DNA of 62,915 nucleotides, filler included, from Octopus bimaculoides (GCF_001194135.2; 3 parts of 3 records of this genome joined end to end with filler, not necessarily neighbours in it); one strand, 5' to 3'. Numbered from the whole stretch's first letter, positions 40,701-54,620 are shown. Translations and numbers: made by a program. The notes: generated from the sequence alone by a model not told the origin.

Positions 40701-42097
40701 AACGGCCAATTTTCAAGTCATCGTCCCATTACACAGTTGGCCTCGGGAGATTTCAGCCACAACCCAGGTATATCATTGGGATACTTTTTTTTGTTTGTAA
40801 AATAACGTTCATCTCACGATTATAGGTTTTGGTAATGGAGTAATGTGTTCATTCTTCTAGTAAAAAGATACGTACTAAAACGCTGTAATGAGCTGACAAT
40901 TATCAATCGTATATTGATATTCATTTGATTATAATATACGAAAGGGTGTATAATATAGCAACGAAGTACACCAAGAGTAAACCATCAATATATTATTCAA
41001 AGTAAAGCGTGATTTGGACGAGCTCTTTGGCACTAAATACTCATATTTAATGCACAAAAGGAAGCCGAGACGCGAATTTATTGTGATACTTATGTAGACG
41101 AGGCTTATGAATGTAATTTCCGTACAGTACAATTATAATAACAATTTCAAACGAAATAGGAACTTCATAATGGGCTACAAAAAATGGACAAGATTATTTA
41201 ACATCAGATATTCTAAACAAGTCGACTGAAATACCTGTGTCTTTATGCCGTATTAAAATAAAGCATATGTATTCAATGCTACACTTTATTACATACACGC
41301 ATATGATACACACTGTCTTGAATATGAAGAAATGCAAAGCATGTATACAACTTACGAAGACATAATCAAAATGTTCATATCATTAAACACACGAATGAAT
41401 ATCTGACATTAAGATTATATACCATTAAAATCCAATTTCTCCTTATTTACGAAAGAGCTCAAACCTGCTTACTCTGAGAACAGACATGGAATTTACAATG
41501 TAATATGTAAATTGGCAGACATCTCTCGATTCTTCTTCTATGCTTATTATTTCAACAAAATAAATAAATAATGTAACGAGGAGTCATGGACGCGCTGTGA
41601 ATCTGGGACAAAATATGGAACAGATAAAAAAAAAAAATAAGTGAAAATCACTTCGAAATGTATAGTCCTCGCCACACTTACAGGCGATTGGTTAAGAAAG
41701 TAATGCTAATACCAAACCACTGATGAAAAGTAGTACGCAGAATACGCATATAAAACCAAGAAACTTAGATTTGAATCATAACGGTCATATTCTGGTAATA
41801 ATGCCGATGAAAGCATAACCCGATTAATATATACGATTAACATGCAAAACTAATAGATATGAAAAAGCGCTGGGAATAAATACTCATATGGAATAATTCG
41901 GAGTATGTATTTCCGGAAGCAAACTGACTGATACGCTCGTTCGAAGAATTGAAATGGAAAAAAACAAATTGCAATTAGAACATAGCAGTGTCTTCCATTT
42001 AGCATGTTTAAAAATGTCATTTCTTGGAGGCATATATACAAATGTATGTATATACATACATATCTAGCTATATATACATACACACATACATAACTCA

Positions 42098-42139
<42 letters not shown>

Positions 42140-42143
<4 letters not shown>

Positions 42144-42336
42144 GTGGGTGAGCTAAAAATAGTTCCTGGCTTTCAGGAGGTCCAAGCTACTGAGTTCTTG
42201 TACAAGGCTTATAAAACTAAAGGAACACTGGAATAATTTTGTGAATCTGATAGGGAAATATGTTGAATAAAATCAGAATTTACTGAGCATCATGTACTTT
42301 CTTTACTCAAACCCATGTAATTATCAGCACCTCCTG
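42140..42336 (+). mobile_element. Mariner-type non-autonomous remnant (~197 bp)
   Basis: Imperfect CAGG..GCT.A.AAT termini. EHWNNFVNLIGKYVE* (42223-42270) matches the mariner C-terminal RWxKCVxxxGxYVE*. Confidence 0.7.
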
Positions 42337-43330
42337 ATATATACATATATACAAATATGAATATATTTATATGTATTCATTATTATGTTATTCTTTTACT
42401 TGCTTCAGTCATTTGACTGCGTCCATGATAGAGCTATTTATTGGTGTGCATCCATATATTTTCCTATCAGACAAAAATTTCAAAACCATGTTATTTTTTC
42501 TATAAAAAATGGCTAGCATACGAAAAGAAAAAAAAACTATGTATTTTAATCTGTTATCGACACTTTGTTAAACATGTCTCCTAACATGGTCGAATTTTCT
42601 GAATGTATAAATTAATATTGTAATTTTCTAGACATGCGTTCACCTGAAGTGATAACATTACGAACGATGTTTATCCTAGACTTAAGTATTGCTCGTTAAA
42701 ATATTTGTGGTTATTTTTCTGTTGATGAAATCGATTATGAAGAAGGAAAATTAAACAACTACCACTACTATGAAAATTGGAAATATTTGAAACATTTCTT
42801 TACAATTAAATACAAAACATATTGATTATATTTTCACCGGTTTTGTTTTAATTATGGGCAGCAAATCAAATATGTAAACACTCCTACACTTGTTTAAAAT
42901 TATTCTTTTGGTGCTCGGTGTTTGCAAATGTATTTTAAAATTATTAATTGAATTAATATTATATTAAATTTCTAACTTTAATTAGTTTTAAGCATTCGTA
43001 ACATCAGAAACCATGATGCAATATGAGAATTCATTCAAATTATGATATTCAAACAGATTTTTCACGAAACGGACACACGTGCTTCCTGTGATACTCCATT
43101 GCTCTTTCGCTAATGGTCCGGATAGGAATTGTCCAATTCTCTGCATTTCGGACCGGTGAAACTTATGATGTAATATTTATAACGAGTTCTCATATGCACT
43201 AATTATTACACTATTGATGTCGAACAAAGGAAATTCCTTCAGCTCCATAGTTAGTGTTTTTTTTTGTTATGACTCACACGGAGAGTGATACAGACACAAA
43301 TGCATCCATCCCACGACATACATATACGTA

Positions 43331-43363
<33 letters not shown>

Positions 43364-43910
43364 NNNNNNNNNNNNNNNNNNNNNNNNNNNNNNNNNNNNN
43401 NNNNNNNNNNNNNNNNNNNNNNNNNNNNNNNNNNNNNNNNNNNNNNNNNNNNNNNNNNNNNNNNNNNNNNNNNNNNNNNNNNNNNNNNNNNNNNNNNNNN
43501 NNNNNNNNNNNNNNNNNNNNNNNNNNNNNNNNNNNNNNNNNNNNNNNNNNNNNNNNNNNNNNNNNNNNNNNNNNNNNNNNNNNNNNNNNNNNNNNNNNNN
43601 NNNNNNNNNNNNNNNNNNNNNNNNNNNNNNNNNNNNNNNNNNNNNNNNNNNNNNNNNNNNNNNNNNNNNNNNNNNNNNNNNNNNNNNNNNNNNNNNNNNN
43701 NNNNNNATATATTTATATATATGAAAATCGGATATTACATTAAACAAATAAACCAAAGCTGAAAGGTCGTGCACAAGGAATATATTAGTTTGATGCTCCA
43801 TAAAAGATAGAAGAAAGAATGATTATATAAGAGGAAATTCTAGAGAAGGCAACATTCCAAGACACGCATATTTGCGGTTACAAGATTATACACATACGAA
43901 CACACATACG

Positions 43911-43946
<36 letters not shown>

Positions 43947-44136
43947 ATAATGCATATATATATATGTGCACATATATATATATATATTTTTAGTTCGTTA
44001 TGATATGTGGTTTTTGCCTACCCGAAGAATACGTTTCAGCTTTCCCAACATGTGAAACTATTAGTAGCGATTTAATGCGTGTATTGTGACCTTTTTAATA
44101 AATATTTATCTCTCAGAATTTTTTTGTCATGGGTCA

Positions 44137-44169
<33 letters not shown>

Positions 44170-44340
44170 GGTGTGTGTGGGTGTGTGTGTGTGTGTATGT
44201 GTGTGTGCCTGTGTGTGTGTCTGTGTTTGTCTGTGTGTGTATGGTTGTGTATGTCTCTGTGTGTGTGTGTGTGTATGCATGCATGTACATATGTATGTAT
44301 ATAATAACAATGCACTCTGGCGTTGCCCGGGTATTATGAC

Positions 44341-45406
<1,066 letters not shown>

Positions 45407-47439
45407 CATATACATGCAGACATACATATACAAATATATGTGTATTTGTCAATGTATAATAATATCACGGAAAACATATATAGTTACCAAGATAGCAAAG
45501 ATTCACATAAGTTATCACAACCTACACATGAAGGTAGAAATTCCAGGGTTGAGTGAAATCTTTTTTGAATAACATAGATAAATTAAGAAATTGAGTCAAA
45601 AGCAGGTGTTGTTCAAATCATTTACACTTCAAACATATGTTTCGAAGAAAGGATTGATATTATTCTGAAGGGAATAAAAATGATGTAAAGCAATGAAATG
45701 AACTCCTCAGACAAAAAATAAAAGTCGACAGAACACAGAAATAACATACATACATACATGCATTCATACATACATACATACATACATACATACATACACA
45801 TAGAGGCAAGCACACATCACATATATGCACTTTTCCCAACCCAAATTTCTCTATTCGTGCACACATGTTTTACTATATAATGAACAATGAACACGGATTC
45901 CACTGAGCCTAACTGATAAATTATTAATGGCTTCAAAACCAAGTAAAGTTTTTGCTCACTTATGCAGACGTTCAGAGAAAATTGGAGCTTTCTATAAGGA
46001 CCCTAGGTTTCAGCGACCGGTGACATACGAATTATGATGTATAACTTTTCAAATATAGGCATTGTGAGTAGAAATGTTGCGTAATTGTCTATGGAGATGA
46101 TTCTCTCTACCAGGAACACACTGAGAATTTCATGGATGGATTACGAAACACATGATTCGACCTTCGCTTTTCTCATTGTCGTATTCTGTTTTATATCTCG
46201 AGTTAAGTCAACATTTTCATTTGCATAAATTATGTTACTCGGGAATATTCTCAGAGGCGAATTTCAAATCAATTTGTCATTCGCATAACATCGATTAGCC
46301 TTATGCCATTCGGGGCGAGTCTCAATTTCAGATGGACGTTCTATGAACCCACAATTTACTGCAAGGAACGATGGTAATTCGGTTTTATATATACACTATA
46401 CTATCAAAATATTTGCGTTTTATAATATGTACATTGATCAAAGTTTTGGCTTCGTCATTTTTGCTTTGTTTGCTTAATTCGACATATCACAGAGTACTTG
46501 AGTGGTCATCACTGACGAATAGGAATCACAAAGAAACAATGCTGTCCCACGAACTGCTGATTACATTATAATTGACTTTATTATTTTAAACACATGAAGT
46601 CATGAAACAAAGTTATATGAAAAATGTTGTTAATAATAGTACCGTTCAAATTTTCTCTATATATTATTGATTTGTAAAACCATACACCAAGGCATACACG
46701 CGTGAAGTTGCTACCCTCTACATATGCAGGCACCCATGCACACACACAGATGTATACATATACGTATGTTTATGTGCACGTTGCTTTGTTGCACACTATT
46801 AACTCCTTTTTTCACTTCAACTACTAGCCCCTATATTTCTCCCGAAGATTAGTATCCTAAACGTAGAGATACATTCCCAACCATTTGAGCAATAAGCGAA
46901 TAGTGAAAATGTTAAGCATAATGAACATGTATGAGACAGCTGCTCTTTATGGTCGACCTCCGAACATGCTATCAGTTACACACAGCAGCCAAATTTACTA
47001 ACCGACAAGACAAATTTATTATATGCACCCATGGAACATTTCGATGCTAATCTTCTACAAAGAGACCTGGATTCAATATATAAATAGGCAGCAGAAGACA
47101 ATGCAATTTGATATAGGAACATTCCACGCCGCCATCACACTCCGCTTTCAGAAAACTAGTGCTAACGTGTACCGACAAAGACACTTTAGGCCAAAAGAAG
47201 GGCAATCAAAGACTCACGTACCGTACGTGTTCTGTAGATTGATATGATTAACAACTCCAAGTCTCACTGCTTATTACTAAGTTGGTGGCAATGCACGGCC
47301 GAAAGACCGCCTTCATTTCTCCCTTAAATATTTCCTCCTCCTTCCTTCTTGTCTTATGGCTTGATCTCACAATCCTACATATATCTTCCACTCACTTCGG
47401 GCTATCCTTTATGTAAACAACGCACAGAGTAAACTAGAT

Positions 47440-47830
47440 ACGAAATTATATATATCCACCAATATAACTATAATTACCGCTGGAAAATACCCACACGGAT
47501 TCTATACATGGATATTTACACAAAACATCCAGACAGTTACGTGATACAAGAAAGGGACAAACATCCTGATAGGCGATACAAAGAAAATACGGACAGGTCA
47601 TACAGAATGGGACAAAAATACAAACATCCAGACAGTTAGGTGATACAAGTTTAGACAAAACATCCAGATAGACGATACAAAGAAAACACGGACGGGTCAT
47701 TCGGAGTTTTCTTTCTTCAGTCGAGATCCAGATTATCCTTGCAATTTCAGCTGGTTATTCTCGATATTGCTCCAATCTGGCCAGGCCCAAGGAAAAACTA
47801 AGCTAAGAGCATTAGATTACTTGGAAGAAA
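47440..47830 (-). mobile_element. Short interspersed repeat family D, copy 2, with internal ~100-bp duplication
   Basis: Matches 4975-5100. 47522-47601 is repeated at 47621-47700. The element ends at a TATATAT run. Confidence 0.75.
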
Positions 47831-48350
47831 GCAACGAATATGCACTGAGCTGAGTGAAACTTTTTAAATTATATTTAAGGATTTAACCAGTATCCAATGA
47901 TATCCAGATTTATGCTACACAGAAATATAAGTCGAAGGGATATATATTTTAAATATGAAATTTGAATTTCAATGAAATAATGGAATGCATTTCCCAGGAA
48001 ACTATACTGATTATTTAAGAAGAAAATATGTTTCTCTGTCAAATATTCCAACGAGGCAAATTAACAATTTATATATTAAATGTTGTAGGTATCAAAGACG
48101 TTATCACACATAATAATAAGAATTGCTAGATATTTAAGCATGATGGCAAGCGGGTTAAGTTGTTTTGTGATATATGCTGTCCTAAATATAGATAGTATCT
48201 GGAGTTACAGTATTTCAGGTCTACTCTCTTTAAAGAAAATCAAATGTTAATTGCTTAATATATGGATGCATTTATGTGTGTGAGAGAGTCTATGTATATG
48301 TGTAACTGTCCGTAAATGCGTGGTTCTTCTGGAAACCGATACCTCACTCT

Positions 48351-48393
<43 letters not shown>

Positions 48394-48414
48394 TATGTCG
48401 GTTTCTGTGTGTAT

Positions 48415-48656
48415 GTCGGTTGCGTCGACGAGAGTTCCAGTTGATCCGTTCAACGGAACAGCGTGTTCGTGAAATTAATGTGCAAGTGACTGAGCTCACC
48501 ACTCATGTACCCTTAATGTAGTTCTCAGGGAGATGCAGCGTGACACAGAGTGTTAAAATGCTGACCCTTTGAAACACTCACAACGCTCCTCTGGGAATCA
48601 AAATCGCGTTCCTAAGATCACGTATCCGCTGCCCTAACCACTGGACCATTGCCGCT
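48415..48656 (-). mobile_element. SINE family C, older copy with internal deletion
   Basis: GCTGCCCTAACCACTGGACCATTGC head. Lacks the segment equivalent to ~26860-26980. Confidence 0.9.
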
Positions 48657-49503
48657 CTGCTTTATATATATATATATATATTGATATATGAATTGCATAT
48701 GTTATCTTCCAAAATTGTGTTGAATTCGTGTAAATCACCCGAGAAAATGCATTTGATGCGAGTTATATTACAAATACGCTATGCAGTTGTAATATATTCG
48801 CTCCGAACAGAATTACAATTAATATGACTCACTAGTTACTCTGTTGAAATGCAATTTCAGAAGTATGTTTCACACATAGTAATAAATGTATCATTGGCTT
48901 TTTCGAAGATAGGACATATCTCTACGAATTTGAACTAGACTCACCAGTTGAGATCAACACAAATATGAGAGCCATTATATAATGCGGTGTGTAAAACACA
49001 ATTCTTTACAGTTCTTTTGCGTGGGAACTGGGACAATGTATTCACTTTTATTGTTACTTTTTACTTAGCAGAACGTTATGAGTGAAACTTGGCAGAAGGA
49101 GTTCATCAAATACGATTCGTCTGTACTATGAATATGCGTCGCATCAGTGTATACGCTTGCAAATACAGTCAGGTGCAAACTTGTTCATGTCTACTCTTAC
49201 AAACAACAAGTTAGACATTGTCAATTCGCATAACATCGTGCTATATCATCGATTATAAATTGTATATAAGTCAACTAATGTAGGTTTTCAACTGCATGGA
49301 ATTTGATATGTATGTATGCACGTATGCGTGTACGTATATATACATACACATGCAAACACGCACACATATGGATATTGTAAAATTCGACGTTGCTTAACAA
49401 AGGTTATCGAACACACCGACACACATATATACATGTATATATTTATATACCACTTTGTGTGTATGCGTGTGAGTGTATTTATATGTATGTATGTATGCAT
49501 GTG

Positions 49504-49932
49504 TGGAGGCGCAATTGCTCAGTGGTTAGGGCAGCGGACACGCGGTCATAGGATCGCGGTTTCGATTCCCAGACCGGGCGTTGTGAGTGTTTATTGAGAG
49601 AAAACACCTAAAGCTCTACGAGGCTCCGGCAGGGGATGGTGGCGAACCCTGCTGTACTCTTCCACCGCAACTTTCTCTCACTCTTTCTTCCTGTTTCTGT
49701 TGTACCTGTATTTCAAAGGGTCAGCCTTGTCACANNNNNNNNNNNNNNNNNNNNNNNNNNNNNNNNNNNNNNNNNNNNNNNNNNNNNNNNNNNNNNNNNN
49801 NNNNNNNNNNNNNNNNNNNNNNNNNNNNNNNNNNNNNNNNNNNNNNNNNNNNNNNNNNNNNNNNNNNNNNNNNNNNNNNNNNNNNNNNNNNNNNNNNNNN
49901 NNNNNNGACGGAATGCGAACAACAACAACAAA
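49504..49932 (+). mobile_element. SINE family C spanning a gap
   Basis: Head GGAGGCGCAATTGCTCAGTGGTTAGGGCAGCGG and tail GACGGAATGCGAACAACAACAAC. Flanked by ATGTATGCATGT on both sides, a probable TSD. Confidence 0.93.
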
Positions 49933-51609
49933 TGTATGCATGTATACATATATAGAGAGAGACAGAGCAAGGGAAATATATTGATAGATATGTACACACA
50001 CACATACACACACATTCTCTCTTTCTCACACAATCACATACACACACATGTACATACTTATAAAAAATACTTATAAAAATACTTATACATATATTCTATG
50101 ACAAAGTAATTTTTCTCTGAAGAACATGCTTTTACAATATATCATATTATATGCAGACACATAAGTTTTCAGGAATGTTAATAGAAATTAACTTTTGATT
50201 AATTTTCATTTCATGCGTCCTATATATCCTGATTTTAAACGCATCATTTTTTTTCAAAATTATTTGGTAAATAAATGGCTAATGTCGTATCATTACTACC
50301 TCGTCAGCGCAACATGAGTGCCACTGAAAGAATGTTTCTCGAATAAGTTATATATTTATCGACATCATACGTTACGTGTTACCAATATTGATGTTTCTCT
50401 TGAGGACAGATATTGTACATGAAAAATATTTACCGGATAATACTTTTCATGTGATCAAATTTGAGTCAGTATTTCATTTCTAAACATGAAAATAAAAATT
50501 ATATACTACATACCTAATTACATATGTGCAAATAATTTGAATATATTTTCTGTTCTATGGATTGCGCAATATTTCTGTTCAGAATACGCACAGGAATAGC
50601 TGAATGGCAAGAGTGTACGAAACGATTGTACGGTTTCCCAACCCTTGAAGCTAGTTATTTTTCGTGAGCCTATATTACCCTCTAATAATTCCTCGAGCTT
50701 ATAAATATGTGACTCTAAAATATGCGTCATGTTCGGTTTGATGCGTTACCTATATATTTATTATCATACATATGTCGTACAGATTTAGGAAAGCATGGCG
50801 GGTGTTTGGAATTTATATTGGGAACGCAACAATTGCCTCCCACCAAAATATATTTCATTTAATACTAAAAGATACAGAAACGAAATACAAATGTTATTGT
50901 TGTAAATCTTCGCTGTCGTGTTCTAATTCTGGGATATACCACATGTTGCCTCCATGACTGGCGAAAAATGTCATATACTAAACCAAGGTTTATGGAGATT
51001 CTTACATCATGTAAAGAAATGTAACAAAACGAGGAAACCTTTTTCCTATGTCTCCATATATTTATATATATACTATTGCTGTACATTGATGCTGATATTT
51101 GAGTAAATGATTATCAAACATCCTGTGATGGAACAACCCGTATTCTTTTTTAAAGCATTCAAAACGTATGAATGTCTTGCTAAACAAATTTAAGTTTGGA
51201 AAATAACTTTATTTCTCCTGTATTAATTTTTTTTATTTGTTCAATATGTTTCTCCCTGAATCAACACATCAAATTATTGTACATATATTTCATTATCATC
51301 TGTGTGTTATAATAAGGTTTTCATATTTAGAAAGAAAATTTTCCTTGTAATTTAAGATCAAAATTGAATCATTCTGCAGCGGGTTTCATAGGTTACAGCA
51401 GAAGTCAAAATCAAAGTCAATATATTGAACACGTATTTGCATATTGTGACAGTGATTGATGATATTTAGTGCTAACACATTATTTACATTTCCAAATAAT
51501 GGTTGGTATGTTCGTTTCCATAATATCATAATTGTGAAGCGTTTAAAAGGAATAAAGAAAGTCATTTATTTCTTTTGGAGGGTTTTTACAGTATCTCGCT
51601 GATAAACTC

Positions 51610-51612
<3 letters not shown>

Positions 51613-51667
<55 letters not shown>
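51613..51667. repeat. (AAT)n microsatellite
   Basis: Read directly. Confidence 0.97.
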
Positions 51668-51671
<4 letters not shown>

Positions 51672-52035
51672 CACTAGATAACGCAATAATAACACTATAT
51701 AACACAATACTAACGCAAAACACTTTCAATACAGTGACCATAAAAACATCAGATCAAACCATAGCAGGTACCCAAGGCCCGCAGAGCTGCGCTCGGTAGT
51801 GAAGTGAGAGCGCTGTCCTGTATAGGACTCGACACTTGGTTGGCAATTATATGTTACGATATATATATATAATAGAAACTTTTTTCGGAGGCTTGTAATA
51901 ATTTATAATTGAGTTAGCTCTATGTGGATTATCAAGCATTTCATTTTGTATGTAAGTGTTCTTAAAAATAGGGAGAATTAATACACCTGTTTTTATGTAG
52001 GAGTGAAAACTAAAAAAAGATACAGTAGGTAAATA

Positions 52036-52350
52036 TACATTATTTACATTATTTACATTTGACGGATATTTGTCGGGTTGGCATATGGCGTAGTGGTTAA
52101 CAGCACGGGCTACTAACCCAAAGATTCCGAGTTCAATTGCAGGCAGTGACCTGCATAATAATAATAATAATAATAAGACATCGTAAAATACCTGAAGAAT
52201 GAGAACACAGATTCGAGATTTCCCCATGACACCCGATGAAGTCTGGAGTGTATATCAGCTGAAACGTTGTGTTAACATCAAACAAGATGAGGACAACTAT
52301 CCGTCAAATACAAATAATGTAAATAAAGTACATAATTCCTCATCTCTTAA
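52036..52350 (+). mobile_element. Composite element: inverted terminal segment + tRNA-like head + (AAT)n + hammerhead-like motif + tail
   Basis: 39-bp inverted repeat at 52036-52074 / 52292-52330 (35/39). A box TGGCGTAGTGG (52086), anticodon-like arm GGG-CTACTAA-CCC, B box GAGTTCAATT (52129), hammerhead at 52228-52273. Confidence 0.8.
52228..52273 (+). ncRNA. Degenerate type I hammerhead-like motif
   Basis: GACAC CCGAUGA A GUCUG-gaguguauau-CAGCU GAAAC GUU GUGUU. Stem I is intact, but this copy has U4>C and one stem II mismatch. Confidence 0.6.
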
Positions 52351-52514
52351 ATAAAGAACCGTAGTGTGTATATATATTTGCGTTAATTTTGTTAGAAGAA
52401 AATATTTGACGTGTATTAATTTTTTATAGGGGATTCTACAAATATCCGCGTTTATTGTAAATTTTCCGTAGAGAATAATATATCTATATGTTACAAATGC
52501 TATTCTTTATAAAT

Positions 52515-52614
52515 NNNNNNNNNNNNNNNNNNNNNNNNNNNNNNNNNNNNNNNNNNNNTTAATTAATTAANNNNNNNNNNNNNNNNNNNNNNNNNNNNNN
52601 NNNNNNNNNNNNNN
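52515..52614. other. Synthetic scaffold-join spacer (44 N + TTAATTAATTAA + 44 N)
   Basis: Same 100-bp design as 31071-31170. Confidence 0.95.
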
Positions 52615-52869
52615 TGTGTGTGTGTGTGTGTATGAGTTCCTCTTTGGTACCAGGTGTTTATACCTGCAGCTCCGCTGTAAACAACTGAAGTTTTATTGCG
52701 GAATTTCTTTTTGATTAACACCAATCTTAGAACTGAACTAAGACGGTGCTGTCTGTGAACGTGTATGGTGGTATACCGTGAGATTAAGCAGATGCATACA
52801 CACAGATACGATGTATATGTGTTTGTATGTATGTATACATACATACATATAAATATATGTGTATTTGTA

Positions 52870-52870
52870 C

Positions 52871-52943
<73 letters not shown>

Positions 52944-53050
52944 CACACACAGACGGATGGACGGACGGACGGATAGATGGTTGGATGGATAGATGGATGG
53001 ACGGACGAACAGACATGTAGACAGACAGACAGACAGACAGACAGGCAGAC

Positions 53051-53098
<48 letters not shown>

Positions 53099-53200
53099 GG
53101 ATGGACGGACGGACGGATAGATGGTTGGATGGATAGATGGATGGACGGACGAACAGACATGCAGACAGACAGACAGACAGGCAGACAGATAGATAGATAT
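52870..53200. repeat. Compound (GATA/GACA/GGAC/GGAT)n array with a duplicated ~90-bp block
   Basis: CAGACGGATGGACGGACGGACGGATAGATGGTTGGATGGATAGATGGATGGACGGACGAACAGACATG occurs twice (~52950 and ~53095). Confidence 0.9.
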
Positions 53201-53409
53201 ACTGAGAAAAGAGTCTAAAATGCGTCACATTTCTCTATGCATATATACTTCTGTATAATTAAAACAAGTTTAACTTTTTAGCATTAGGGGTAAATAGTAT
53301 TTATTTATTCATATGTATGAAATAAAAATATAAAAATACGCATCCACAGAATAAATGCTTCCTTATTATAGTTCAACAAGAAAAGAAAGAAAGAAAGAAA
53401 GAAAAGAAA

Positions 53410-53732
53410 GGCGGTGCGGTGGCAGAATCGTTAGCACTCCAGAAAAAAATGCTTAGTCGCATTTATGCCGGCTGGTTATGTTCTGAGTTCATATTTTACT
53501 GATGTTGATTTTAAGGCGACGAGCTGGCAGAATCGTTAGCATGGTGTACGTAAGGCTTAGCAGTATTTCGCCCGTCCCTACGTTCTGAGATCAAATTCCT
53601 CCGAGGTCGACTTTACATTTCATCCTTTCGGGGGTCGATAATTTATGTACCAGTTGAGTACTAGGGTCGATGTAATCGCCTATTCTCCTCCCACAACTTT
53701 CAGGCCTTGTACCTATGATGGAAACGATTATA
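53410..53732 (+). mobile_element. SINE family A: truncated head followed by a full copy
   Basis: Two GGCAGAATCGTTAGCA heads (53421 and 53526). The second continues through the body and tail. Confidence 0.9.
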
Positions 53733-53812
53733 GTTTAATAAAAATATATTGGTGTACGTATTTATAATGTAAGTTTGAGATATGTAACACAAGTTGGAAG
53801 GAGAGAAGAAAG

Positions 53813-53884
53813 ATGGGATTGCTTAGAAAAATGGGATTGCTTAGAAAAATGGGATTGCTTAGAAAAATGGGATTGCATAGATAA
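53813..53884. repeat. 18-bp tandem repeat x4 (ATGGGATTGCTTAGAAAA)
   Basis: Three identical units plus one variant unit. Confidence 0.95.
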
Positions 53885-53959
53885 AGCTTATATTTTATAC
53901 ATTTTTGTGGAGTTTCGTAGTAGAAGAAAAAGTCATATTAAACTGATCAGGTTTATGCC

Positions 53960-54620
53960 CATATTCAGCTTGTCAAAGATTTGGGTAACTTCCTATATGT
54001 AAAAACCATGTGTGGATTAAATAAATAAATAGGAATGTCGCCCACTTATTGTGTTTTGGTTCGCATACTGGCAGAAGATATCTCTGTTCACTCAGAGGTA
54101 TTTTTCTCGTGTATTGTTCTCCTATTTGTTGGTGATGTACTGTCATTCTTTTTCTGAGTGTCATACCTGTTTGTACGATGTAGCGTTCTCGGTAACCTTT
54201 ATATAGTGTAATGTAGATTGGGTTGTCAGAACAACTTGGTTTTAATTTTAAAGGCTGAACCCTCTTTCAATTCGAATTCAGAACCCTCCAGTAGATAGCT
54301 ACACTAGAATCCTCTTTAATAATTTTGTTTGTCTCTTACTTTTACAATTGGATATTTTTGTATGACTGTTTTCATTTGAGGTTTCTGCAAGTTCACAAAC
54401 CATGAAGTATTGTAAGAAAGCTGACATTTAGGTCGAACTCTCTTCAACTATGTCACAGTTTTAACATTTCCTTTAATTATATCTTGTTTACGTTCTATCA
54501 ACACAAATCCAGGTATGACTGTCTTTAACTCACATCTAGCTTTTAATCACTAGTTATATAATGGGTTCCTATGCATCGAATATAACCTCCATTTACAAAA
54601 CTTTCTAGTTTTGGTCGAAC
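53960..54620 (-). mobile_element. Second decayed Penelope-like element (GIY-YIG region); A-rich decayed sequence may extend to ~55200
   Basis: CSYLLEGSEFELKEGSAFKIKTK / SDNPIYITLYKGYRERYIVQTGMTLRKRMTVHHQQI, which parallels the 44341 element and the NLIY..C..C...YIGQT..LR.R motif. Confidence 0.8.

Noticed and set aside
43105-43150. Imperfect hairpin resembling a pre-miRNA
   Set aside because: The stem is too short and interrupted, and I recognise no conserved mature miRNA.
52081-52151. Functional tRNA gene (Ser-like, ACT anticodon loop)
   Set aside because: No acceptor stem can be formed, the T-arm is imperfect, and it is embedded in a repeat. Treated as a SINE head.
53915-53990. Possible hammerhead at the end of the second PLE (minus strand CUGAAUA U GGGCAUAAACC..)
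   Set aside because: The GAAAC half and stems cannot be recovered, so it is too decayed to call.
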